Assembly (NCBI GenBank): GCA_043827405.1
Contig: JBDRPD010000044.1
Coordinates: 1-16,961, forward strand
Length of the DNA: 16,961 bases
Reading direction: 5' to 3'
DNA from: Elusimicrobiota bacterium
Lineage (GTDB): Bacteria > Elusimicrobiota > Elusimicrobia > UBA1565
Made by a program: the position numbers and the translations under genes. How positions within the stretch are numbered: position 1 is the stretch's first letter; every line of letters begins with the position of its first letter. Shown piece after piece: positions 8,405-15,494 of this stretch. The notes beneath the pieces are model-generated. The model had not been told where the DNA came from. It worked only from the letters and a program-made list of their open reading frames with translations, and did not search any database.

Positions 8405-8431
8405 CCCGCGCCGGCGGTTCAGGGCGGCGAA

Positions 8432-8483
8432 TTGACGCGCCGCCTCCCATCTGTTAGTATAAACAAACATAACATTAATAACT
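8432..8483 (+). promoter_or_regulatory. Near-consensus sigma70 promoter (extended -10) followed by three 9-bp-period ATAACA-like repeats
   Basis: TTGACG 8432-8437, N17, TG 8452-8453, TAGTAT 8455-8460; TAAACA 8460, ATAACA 8469, ATAACT 8478. Confidence 0.7.
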
Positions 8484-8493
8484 TATTATAAAT

Positions 8494-9078
8494 ATGGCCC
8501 AAACCGTCCTGGGAACTTATCGCGTAGCAGAGCTTTGTCATGTCAGCCCGATGACGATCGGCCGCTGGATCAAGGAAGGCAAGCTGAAATCCTTCAAGAC
8601 CGCCGGCGGGCAGCACCGCGTATGGGCTCATGATCTGATCGAGCTGATGTGCCGGCTCGACATGCCTATTCCCCCGGCGCTGGAGTCCGCGACCGCGCGG
8701 CGCATTCTGATCGTCGACGACGAGGTTAAGGTGCGCCGCGTGCTGGCGCGCTATATCCGCGAGTTCTATCCTGAGGCCGAGGTGGTGGAGGCGGAGGACG
8801 GCTTCGATGCCGGCAAGAAGGCCGCTACCTTGATCCCGGCGGTGATGGTGCTCGACATCAATCTGCCGGGCGTCAACGGCTTCGAGGTCTGCCGGGCGAT
8901 ACGCGGCGATGCGAAGCTGCGCGCGATCAAAATCCTCGCCATCTCCGGCTACAATGTCGACGAGTGGCGCGATAAGGCGCTGCAGGCGGGCGCCGACGCC
9001 TTTCTGGCCAAGCCGTTCGAGGAAGACGCGCTGAGAAAGGCGCTGGCCAAGCTGCTGTCGTCGCGCCGTAAAAAATAG
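8494..9078 (+). CDS. BldC/excisionase-like HTH + receiver domain protein, paralogue 2 (194 aa)
   Basis: Hand count gives about 138/194 identical residues to 4392..4976 without gaps; REC IVDDE, VLDINLP, AKPF. Confidence 0.92.
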   Translation: MAQTVLGTYRVAELCHVSPMTIGRWIKEGKLKSFKTAGGQHRVWAHDLIELMCRLDMPIPPALESATARRILIVDDEVKVRRVLARYIREFYPEAEVVEAEDGFDAGKKAATLIPAVMVLDINLPGVNGFEVCRAIRGDAKLRAIKILAISGYNVDEWRDKALQAGADAFLAKPFEEDALRKALAKLLSSRRKK

Positions 9079-9091
9079 CACCGCGGCCGTT

Positions 9092-9118
9092 TAGATAAGG
9101 TGCCAGGCACCTTATCTA
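9092..9118. repeat. Perfect 27-bp palindrome TAGATAAGGTGCC-A-GGCACCTTATCTA between convergent genes (REP-like element or bidirectional terminator)
   Basis: 13-bp arms at 9092-9104 and 9106-9118 with a 1-nt centre; includes the TAG stop of the minus-strand gene. Confidence 0.75.
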
Positions 9119-9610
9119 TTGGGCTGCGAACTTCAGGAAGTCCTCGAAGTTGTCCTTCACGTGCCGGAGCAGATACCCGTCGAGCGGGTTGTTGAAGAAC
9201 TCGGCGTCGGCGAAGTCGAGATCGTCGAGGGCGTCGGCGCCGAACTCCGCCAGCGCCTGCTCGCGCGCCGCCGCATCGGCGGGCGGCTTCCCCCCCGGAA
9301 ACAGCGCGATCGCTTTCTCCAGGCTGTCGGCGTGCTTGGTGGCCTTGATCCAGCGCAGGGCCTTGGCGGTCTCGACGCTGAAATCGCCGAGCGGCGCGCC
9401 GAAGTACGCGGCCAGCCCGCCGTTGCCCACCTGGTCGTCGAGCCAGTGTATCAGCATGAACTGCCGTATCGGCAGCGGCGCCGCCGCGAAGGACGGCGCG
9501 GGCGGCCGCTCGATCCTGCCGCGCAGGGCGGCGACGAGCTCGGCGGTGGTGTCCGGGTCGGCGTTCCGGCGGACGATATCATGCAGGCTTTTCTTGTTTT
9601 CGGGTGTCAT
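9116..9610 (-). CDS. DMP19/DUF4375-family protein (putative DNA-mimic fold)
   Basis: Motif LDDQVGNGGLAAYF..LGDF...TAKAL..IKA..HA..L.KA and acidic C-terminus LDDLDFADAEFF. Confidence 0.72.
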   Translation of the reverse strand: MTPENKKSLHDIVRRNADPDTTAELVAALRGRIERPPAPSFAAAPLPIRQFMLIHWLDDQVGNGGLAAYFGAPLGDFSVETAKALRWIKATKHADSLEKAIALFPGGKPPADAAAREQALAEFGADALDDLDFADAEFFNNPLDGYLLRHVKDNFEDFLKFAAQ

Positions 9611-9678
9611 AACAAATGAATTGTAGCGTATTTGAGACAGTGGCGAGAACCGCGTTTGGTTGCTATGATTAGAGGATC

Positions 9679-10119
9679 ATGCCGCAAAAGATCGAATTGG
9701 ATGAGGGTATGGCGGAGACCCTGCGGGTGGCGCTGGATCTCGACCAGTTCTATCCCGTCCTGAGCGCCGAGAAGGCGATGCGCCTGTTCCCGCAGAGCGC
9801 GCTCTACGTCTACAATAAGGGCGAGGACGTCGTGGTCCAGGATGAGGATTCCCAGGACATCTATATCATCCAGACCGGCAGGGTGAGCGTCACGCAGACT
9901 TTGGGCTCGGCGGCGGCGCAGCTCGCCGAGCTCGGACCCGGCGATATGTTCGGCGAGATGGCCATCCTGCGCGCCGGCAAGCGCACCGCGACGGTAAACG
10001 CCGCCGAAACCTCGCGCATCTACCGGCTGTGCCTCGCCGACCTCAAGCGCATCATGAGCATGGACGACAAGCTCTCCCGGCACCTGACCGAGCTCGCCGA
10101 AAAGCGGCTTGCCAGCTAG
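9679..10119 (+). CDS. Stand-alone cyclic nucleotide-binding domain protein
   Basis: YNKGEDVVVQDE..DIYIIQTGRVSV...LGPGDMFGEMAIL...RTATVNA phosphate-binding cassette; no HTH output domain. Confidence 0.9.
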   Translation: MPQKIELDEGMAETLRVALDLDQFYPVLSAEKAMRLFPQSALYVYNKGEDVVVQDEDSQDIYIIQTGRVSVTQTLGSAAAQLAELGPGDMFGEMAILRAGKRTATVNAAETSRIYRLCLADLKRIMSMDDKLSRHLTELAEKRLAS

Positions 10120-11678
10120 CGAAGCGCCGGAATCTGCGGCAGGCCGCGCAGATGGGCGGGCGGCCCCGCCGGTCCCTTGAGCGCGTAGACCGCCGCGTAC
10201 TCGTCGCGGTATACCGGCCGCCACTCCCGCGTCATCAGCTGCGGATAGAAGCGCGCATAGGCGGTGCGCAGGACCATATAGCGCGCGGCGAAGGTCTCGG
10301 CCAGCCACTCGGCGTCGAGCGGCAGGCGCCCCAGCCGCATCCCTTCCAGGCGCAGCGCGGTCTGCCGGTTGTGGCGCAGCAGATAGGCCGGATCGAGGCC
10401 GACGACATAGGTCTGGCGGTGGCCGTGATAGAACAGGTCCGGGAAATCATCCCACCATAGGTTGACCATGGTTTCGCCTTCGATCATGTTCGCCGCCATC
10501 CAGACGGCGGCCTGCTTGAAGCGCGGCGGCTCGCTGCGCGCGCTCATGCCGTAGGAGTAGACCAGGCCCTGGATATGGGCGGCGCCGAGCAGCGCGGCGA
10601 CCAGCGTCGCAACGATCCATATCCGGCGCGGTTTTCTTTTAAGCAGGTCCTTTAAGCGGTCGATGGCCGGCTTATCGAGGGTGTCGCGCAGCGCGAAGGC
10701 CAAAGCCGCCGCCGTCAGGGGCGCGGCGTATTCGATGGCCCGCATGTAGATCATGGTCGTCAGCGCGGCGGCGCCGGCGGCGCAGAGCAGGCCCATGGAT
10801 TCGGCCGAGAGCTTGCGCTTGGTCGCCCAGCCGGCCAGCCCCAGGCCGCCGAGAACCATGGTCAGCATGGGAAAAGACAGCAGAAACGAGCGCGTGGAGT
10901 AGGGCGCGAACTCGCGGCCGACCTCGACGGCGGCAAAGCTGCGCCGGCCGGCGGCGATGCCGAGGATGTCGAAGTAGGTGGCCGCCGAGTCGAGCGAATA
11001 AGGCGTATAGGGGTGAATGACCAGGCCGGCGAGGACGCCGCCGGCGGCGGCCGCCAGGCACTTCCACTCGAACTTCCCCCCCGCCAGGCGCTTGCCGGCC
11101 AGGTAGGGCAGGGCGAGCAGCGGCAGGACGAACGGGAAGGAGTAGCTCCAGGCATAGACGAAGCCGAGGCCGAAGAGCTCTTTCCAGCGGCCGCGCAGGA
11201 GAAAGTGCAGGCCGATGAGCAGGAGCACGACGCTCAACACATGGGCGCGCAGAAACGACATGCGCAGCAGAAACGGGCCGCCCATGCAGGCGAGAAAGAA
11301 GGTGAACAGGCCGGGCGCGCGCGCGCCGTTGGCGGCGAGAAAGAAGTAGAAGGCGGCGAAGACGCCGGCGCTGAGCAGGACCGAGAAGACGAGCGCGCCC
11401 CGGATGGGCTCGGCGCCCCGGGCGAATGGGCTCAGCAGCACGTGGAAGAGGAATTCCTTGTCGGCGAAGCGGTGCTTCCAGGGGCTGGCCTGGGTCCAGG
11501 GGAATTTGCGCGACAGTCCCCGCTGCGGCAGCATTTGGGCGTAGCGGGCGTGGAAGTAGCCGTCGCGCTCGATGAGGCCGCGCGGCACGGCGTGCAGGCC
11601 GGTGAACAGGAAGACGAAATAGCCGAGCAGCAGGGCGGGCGCCAGCCAGCGTCGCAATAGAATCGCGTCCTTGCTCAC
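10116..11678 (-). CDS. Multi-pass membrane protein, probable GT-C-superfamily glycosyltransferase with STT3/PglB-like motifs (about 520 aa)
   Basis: Likely GTG start at 11678 (VSKDAILLRRW). Many TM helices; ERDGYFH after TM1, EVGREF loop, MRAIEY, soluble C-terminal domain with VNLWWDDFP. The track's extension to 12206 overlaps hbd antisense. Confidence 0.65.
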   Translation of the reverse strand: MSKDAILLRRWLAPALLLGYFVFLFTGLHAVPRGLIERDGYFHARYAQMLPQRGLSRKFPWTQASPWKHRFADKEFLFHVLLSPFARGAEPIRGALVFSVLLSAGVFAAFYFFLAANGARAPGLFTFFLACMGGPFLLRMSFLRAHVLSVVLLLIGLHFLLRGRWKELFGLGFVYAWSYSFPFVLPLLALPYLAGKRLAGGKFEWKCLAAAAGGVLAGLVIHPYTPYSLDSAATYFDILGIAAGRRSFAAVEVGREFAPYSTRSFLLSFPMLTMVLGGLGLAGWATKRKLSAESMGLLCAAGAAALTTMIYMRAIEYAAPLTAAALAFALRDTLDKPAIDRLKDLLKRKPRRIWIVATLVAALLGAAHIQGLVYSYGMSARSEPPRFKQAAVWMAANMIEGETMVNLWWDDFPDLFYHGHRQTYVVGLDPAYLLRHNRQTALRLEGMRLGRLPLDAEWLAETFAARYMVLRTAYARFYPQLMTREWRPVYRDEYAAVYALKGPAGPPAHLRGLPQIPALR

Positions 11679-11745
11679 TTCGCTTTCAATAGTAACACAT
11701 TCAGTTGTAAAATCCCTTAAACCACTGCTTTCTGCGAGGTGCTCC

Positions 11746-12606
11746 ATGGACATACAAAAAGTAGCCGTGATCGGCGGCGGCCAGATGGGCAACGGCATCG
11801 CCCACGTCTTCGCATTGGCGGGCATTGAGGCCGTCATTATCGACTTGAACAAGGACCTGCTCGACAAGGCCCTCGGCGCGATCAAGAAGAATATGGAGCG
11901 CCAGGTAAAGAAAGAGGTGATCCAGGCCGCGGACATGGAAGCCGCTCTGGGGCGGATCACCACTTCCGACCAGCTGGCCGACGCGGCGTCCGCCCAGCTG
12001 GTCGTGGAAGCGGTCACCGAGAACTTCGAGGTCAAGAAGAAGATCTTCGCCGAACTGGATTCCGTCTGTCCGGCCGAGACCATTCTCGCCTCCAATACTT
12101 CGTCCTTGCCGATCACGCGTCTGGCTGCGGTAACCAAGCGCGCGCCGCGGGTCATCGGGATGCATTTCATGAACCCGGTGCCGATGATGAAGCTCGTCGA
12201 GATCATCCGCGGCGTCGATACCTCGGACGCGACCTACGAGCTGATCCACGCCTTGTGCGGGAAGCTGGGCAAGACTCCGGCCTGCTCGCAGGACTATCCG
12301 GGCTTTATTTCCAACCGGGTGCTGATGCCGATGATCAACGAGGCCTGCTTTGCGCTCATGGAGGGCGTGGCCAAGGCCGAGGACATCGATACCGTAATGA
12401 AGCTCGGCATGAACCATCCCATGGGACCGCTCATGCTCGCCGACTTCATCGGCCTCGATACCTGCCTGGCGATTCTCGAAGTGCTGCACGACGGGCTCGG
12501 CGATCCCAAGTACCGGCCCTGCCCGCTGCTGCGCAAGAAGGTGGAGGCTGGGCACCTGGGCCGCAAGAGCGGCCGGGGCTTTCACGACTGGAGCAAAAAG
12601 AAATGA
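11746..12606 (+). CDS. hbd: 3-hydroxybutyryl-CoA / 3-hydroxyacyl-CoA dehydrogenase
   Basis: VIGGGQMGNGIA NAD-binding motif, VVEAVTE, ASNTSS, GMHFMNPVP, PGFISNR, HPMGPL, GRKSGRGF; SD GAGG before ATG 11746; putative promoter TTCAAT-N17-TAAAAT at 11685-11713. Confidence 0.95.
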   Translation: MDIQKVAVIGGGQMGNGIAHVFALAGIEAVIIDLNKDLLDKALGAIKKNMERQVKKEVIQAADMEAALGRITTSDQLADAASAQLVVEAVTENFEVKKKIFAELDSVCPAETILASNTSSLPITRLAAVTKRAPRVIGMHFMNPVPMMKLVEIIRGVDTSDATYELIHALCGKLGKTPACSQDYPGFISNRVLMPMINEACFALMEGVAKAEDIDTVMKLGMNHPMGPLMLADFIGLDTCLAILEVLHDGLGDPKYRPCPLLRKKVEAGHLGRKSGRGFHDWSKKK

Positions 12607-13757
12607 ACTTCGAGCTTAACGAGGAGCAGGAGATGGCGCGGGAGACCGCGCGCGAGTTCGCCGAGAAGCGCCTCAAGCCGTTCGCCCAGAAGTTCGACGA
12701 GGAAGAGGATATCCCGCCGGAAGTGTACGCCGAGGCGGCGGAGCTGGGATTCTTCGGCCTCATGGTGCCCGAAGAGTTCGGCGGCCTGAACCTCGACGCC
12801 GTGGGCTATGTCGCCGTCATGGAGGAGCTGGCGCGCGCCTGCGCCGCCTTCCAGGTCTGCCTGAGCGTGCACAACTCCTTGGTCTGCGGCGCTATCAAGA
12901 ATTACGGCACCGCCGAGCAGAAGACGAAGTACCTGCCCGATCTCGCGGCGGGTAAAAAGATCGGCGCCTACAGCCTGTCCGAGCCCGGCGCCGGCTCGGA
13001 CGCCGGCAGCCTTATCTGTGCGGCGGTCAAGGACGGCGATCACTATGTCCTAAACGGCGTCAAGAACTGGGTGTCGAGCGCCGGCATCTCCGACGTCTTC
13101 ACCGTTTTCGTCTCCACCGACAAGGAGAAGAAGAGCTACGGCATCTCCTGCCTGCTGGTGGATAAGGGCCTGGAGGGCTTCACCGTCGGCAAGAAGGAAA
13201 AGAAGATGGGGCTGCGGGGGTCGGGCACCTACGAGATGAGCTTCAAGGACTGCAAGGTCCCCGCCGCGGCCCTGTTGGGCGAAGAGGACGCGGGCTTCAA
13301 GATCGCTCTCGGCCAGCTCGACAGCGGCCGCGTCGGCATCGCGGCGCAGGCGGTCGGCGTCGCCCAGGCGGCGTACGAGGAGGCGGTATCCTACGCCCGG
13401 CAGCGCGAGCAGTTCGGCAAGCACCTGACGCGCTTCCAGGCGACGCAGTTCAAGATCGCCGACATGGCGATGGGGATCGACGCGGCGCGGCTTTTGACCT
13501 ACCGCGCGGCGGCCAAGGTCGCCAAGGGCGAGCGGGCCACGGCGGAGGCCTCGATGGCCAAGCTCTTCGCCTCGCAGGTCGCCAACAAGACGGCCTACGA
13601 CGCGGTGCAGATCCACGGCGGCAACGGCTACGTGCGCGAGTTCCCGGTGGAGCGCTACTTCCGCGACGCCCGCATCAGCGAGATCTACGAGGGCACCTCC
13701 GAGATCCAGCGCATCGTCATCGCGCGCGAGGTCCTCAAGCAGTTCAGCGGCAAGTAG
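12603..13757 (+). CDS. Acyl-CoA dehydrogenase (short/branched-chain, butyryl-CoA dehydrogenase-like)
   Basis: LSEPGAGSDA, LNGVKNWVS, GRVGIAAQAVG, QIHGGNGY, RDARISEIYEGTSEIQR; ATGA overlap with hbd. Confidence 0.95.
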   Translation: MNFELNEEQEMARETAREFAEKRLKPFAQKFDEEEDIPPEVYAEAAELGFFGLMVPEEFGGLNLDAVGYVAVMEELARACAAFQVCLSVHNSLVCGAIKNYGTAEQKTKYLPDLAAGKKIGAYSLSEPGAGSDAGSLICAAVKDGDHYVLNGVKNWVSSAGISDVFTVFVSTDKEKKSYGISCLLVDKGLEGFTVGKKEKKMGLRGSGTYEMSFKDCKVPAAALLGEEDAGFKIALGQLDSGRVGIAAQAVGVAQAAYEEAVSYARQREQFGKHLTRFQATQFKIADMAMGIDAARLLTYRAAAKVAKGERATAEASMAKLFASQVANKTAYDAVQIHGGNGYVREFPVERYFRDARISEIYEGTSEIQRIVIAREVLKQFSGK

Positions 13758-13833
13758 CGCCCATGCCGGCCCGCTATCAGCTGTCCCCTGGCGGCTCCGG
13801 GGCGGCAATAGGGGATTTTAATCCCCTGCGGCA

Positions 13834-13855
13834 ATAACATAGTAAACTATGTTAT
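13834..13855. promoter_or_regulatory. Perfect 10-bp inverted repeat ATAACATAGT-AA-ACTATGTTAT; probable operator overlapping the extended -10 of the XRE gene
   Basis: Arms at 13834-13843 and 13846-13855; TG-t-TATCTT at 13850-13858; ATG at 13867. Confidence 0.65.
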
Positions 13856-13866
13856 CTTCATACGCT

Positions 13867-14205
13867 ATGGGATCACTATACAAGCGGCCGGTCAGGATTC
13901 TGCAAGGGTTCAATGAGGCGGTCGTTTTTACCAAACGCGCGCCGCGACGAATGCGTCGGACGAATCCCGGCGAGTTCCTGCTGGCGGCGCGCTGGAAGCT
14001 CGGCATCTCCCAGGCCGAATTGGCGCAACGCGCCGGAATATCCCAGCAGCATATTCAACTGCTCGAATCCGGGCGGACGGACGCTCGACTGGACACCTGG
14101 CGGCGCGTGTTTGACGCGATGCACTGCGACCTGCTGGTAGTGCCCAAGCCACGGCGGCATCTCGGCGCGGCGAAGGCGCGGCGTGTTTTGGATGGCGACG
14201 AGTAA
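13867..14205 (+). CDS. XRE-family HTH transcriptional regulator (resembles the HTH region of mobile mystery protein A); start uncertain (13849/13867/13951)
   Basis: LLAARWKLGISQAELAQRAGISQQHIQLLESGRTDARLDTWRRVFDAMHCDL is a typical HTH_3/XRE pattern. Confidence 0.82.
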   Translation: MGSLYKRPVRILQGFNEAVVFTKRAPRRMRRTNPGEFLLAARWKLGISQAELAQRAGISQQHIQLLESGRTDARLDTWRRVFDAMHCDLLVVPKPRRHLGAAKARRVLDGDE

Positions 14206-14219
14206 AGGGCAAGCCCGGG

Positions 14220-14768
14220 CTACTTCCACTTGATGGAACAGCCCATGGAGGGGCGCTGCGCGGCCGGCGCCGGCTTGCCGGCGGCCAGGGCCGCGATCGC
14301 CTCTTTCAGCTCTTCTTTAGTGACCTGCGACTCGTCTTGCCAGTTGTCGTCGATGCGGCCGTGGTAGTAGAGCTTGCGGTCCTTGGCGAATAGATAGAGG
14401 TCCGGCGTGCACTGCGCCTTGAGGTCCTTGGCTGTCTGCTGGGTCTCGTCTACCAGGTAGGGGAAGTTTATCCCCCACTCCTTGATCTTCTCCCGCATCT
14501 TCTCCGGCGCGTCGGCCGGATAGGACGGGTTGATATTGGGGTTGATCGCGGCCATGGCGACGCCGAGGCCCGCGGCATGCGCGGCCAGGCGCACCAGACG
14601 CGGCCATACCGCGACGGCATAGGGGCAGTGGTTGCAGGTAATCGCGACGAGCAGGCCGTTCTCGCCGTAGAGCGAGCGTCCCTCATATTCCTTGCCGTCC
14701 GGGTCTTTTAGTTTAAAGTCCGGCATCCCGGTGCCGAGGCTGATCTTGATCGATTCCAGCAGAGCCAT
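14220..14768 (-). CDS. Thioredoxin-family protein (AhpC/TSA-like, PRX_like1 type)
   Basis: PDFKLKDPDGK, CNHCPY, AQCTPDLYLF, YHGRIDD, SMGCSIKWK; SD GGAGG. Confidence 0.92.
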   Translation of the reverse strand: MALLESIKISLGTGMPDFKLKDPDGKEYEGRSLYGENGLLVAITCNHCPYAVAVWPRLVRLAAHAAGLGVAMAAINPNINPSYPADAPEKMREKIKEWGINFPYLVDETQQTAKDLKAQCTPDLYLFAKDRKLYYHGRIDDNWQDESQVTKEELKEAIAALAAGKPAPAAQRPSMGCSIKWK

Positions 14769-14838
14769 GAATATACCCTCCCGCTATGAGTGCAATTAGC
14801 GTGCGATAAATTACATAATTTGGGCGGCGGAGGCATCT

Positions 14839-15483
14839 ATGTCCATATTTTTCAAAGCGGAAGAAAAGATACGCACCATGATCGACGAGTACTTGACTAC
14901 CGTCGAGAACTGTCTTAAAGCGTTCAATACGGAGATCACTCCCTGCTTTGAGCCCGGCAGCGGCAAGCTGCTGCCGCATCGCAACAAGACGCACAAGTTC
15001 GAATCCAAGGCCGACGATATCCGCCGCGAGATCGCCATGATGCTGTTCGGGCGGACGCTCCTCCCGGAGTCCCGGGGCGACATCATGGGCGTTCTGGAAG
15101 CCATCGACAAGATCCCCAATGCCGCGGAGACGGTCCTCTCCTGCATGGAGACCGAACGCATCTATGTGCCGGAGGAGTTCAAGCCGCAGTTTCTCGAGCT
15201 GGTGGAAGCCAATATGGAAGCCTTCCAGTTTCTCATGAAGTGCGCGCAAGCCCTGTTCACCGATCCCAAGCAGACGCTGTACTTCGAGAAGGAAGTGGAT
15301 ATTCGGGAGAGCGCCTCCGACCGCATGGAGCGCAAGCTGATCTCGGAGGTCTACGATACGGATATGGAGAAGGCCGACAAGATCATCCTGCGCGACCTCA
15401 TCAACCATATCAGCGCCATCTCCGACCGGGCGGAGAACGCGGCGGACCGCCTGGGCCTTACCGCCATCCGGAGAAGGATCTAA
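14839..15483 (+). CDS. DUF47 / TIGR00153 PhoU-like phosphate transport regulator
   Basis: Two helical repeats ESKADDIRREI and ESASDRMERKL, ISDRAENAADRL; directly upstream of a PiT transporter; SD GGAGG. Confidence 0.9.
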   Translation: MSIFFKAEEKIRTMIDEYLTTVENCLKAFNTEITPCFEPGSGKLLPHRNKTHKFESKADDIRREIAMMLFGRTLLPESRGDIMGVLEAIDKIPNAAETVLSCMETERIYVPEEFKPQFLELVEANMEAFQFLMKCAQALFTDPKQTLYFEKEVDIRESASDRMERKLISEVYDTDMEKADKIILRDLINHISAISDRAENAADRLGLTAIRRRI

Positions 15484-15494
15484 GAGCGCCGCCT

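Noticed and set aside
11679..12206. N-terminal 176-aa extension of the 696-aa minus-strand ORF
   Set aside because: Lies antisense to hbd and across the divergent promoter. Membrane-protein character starts only after GTG 11678.
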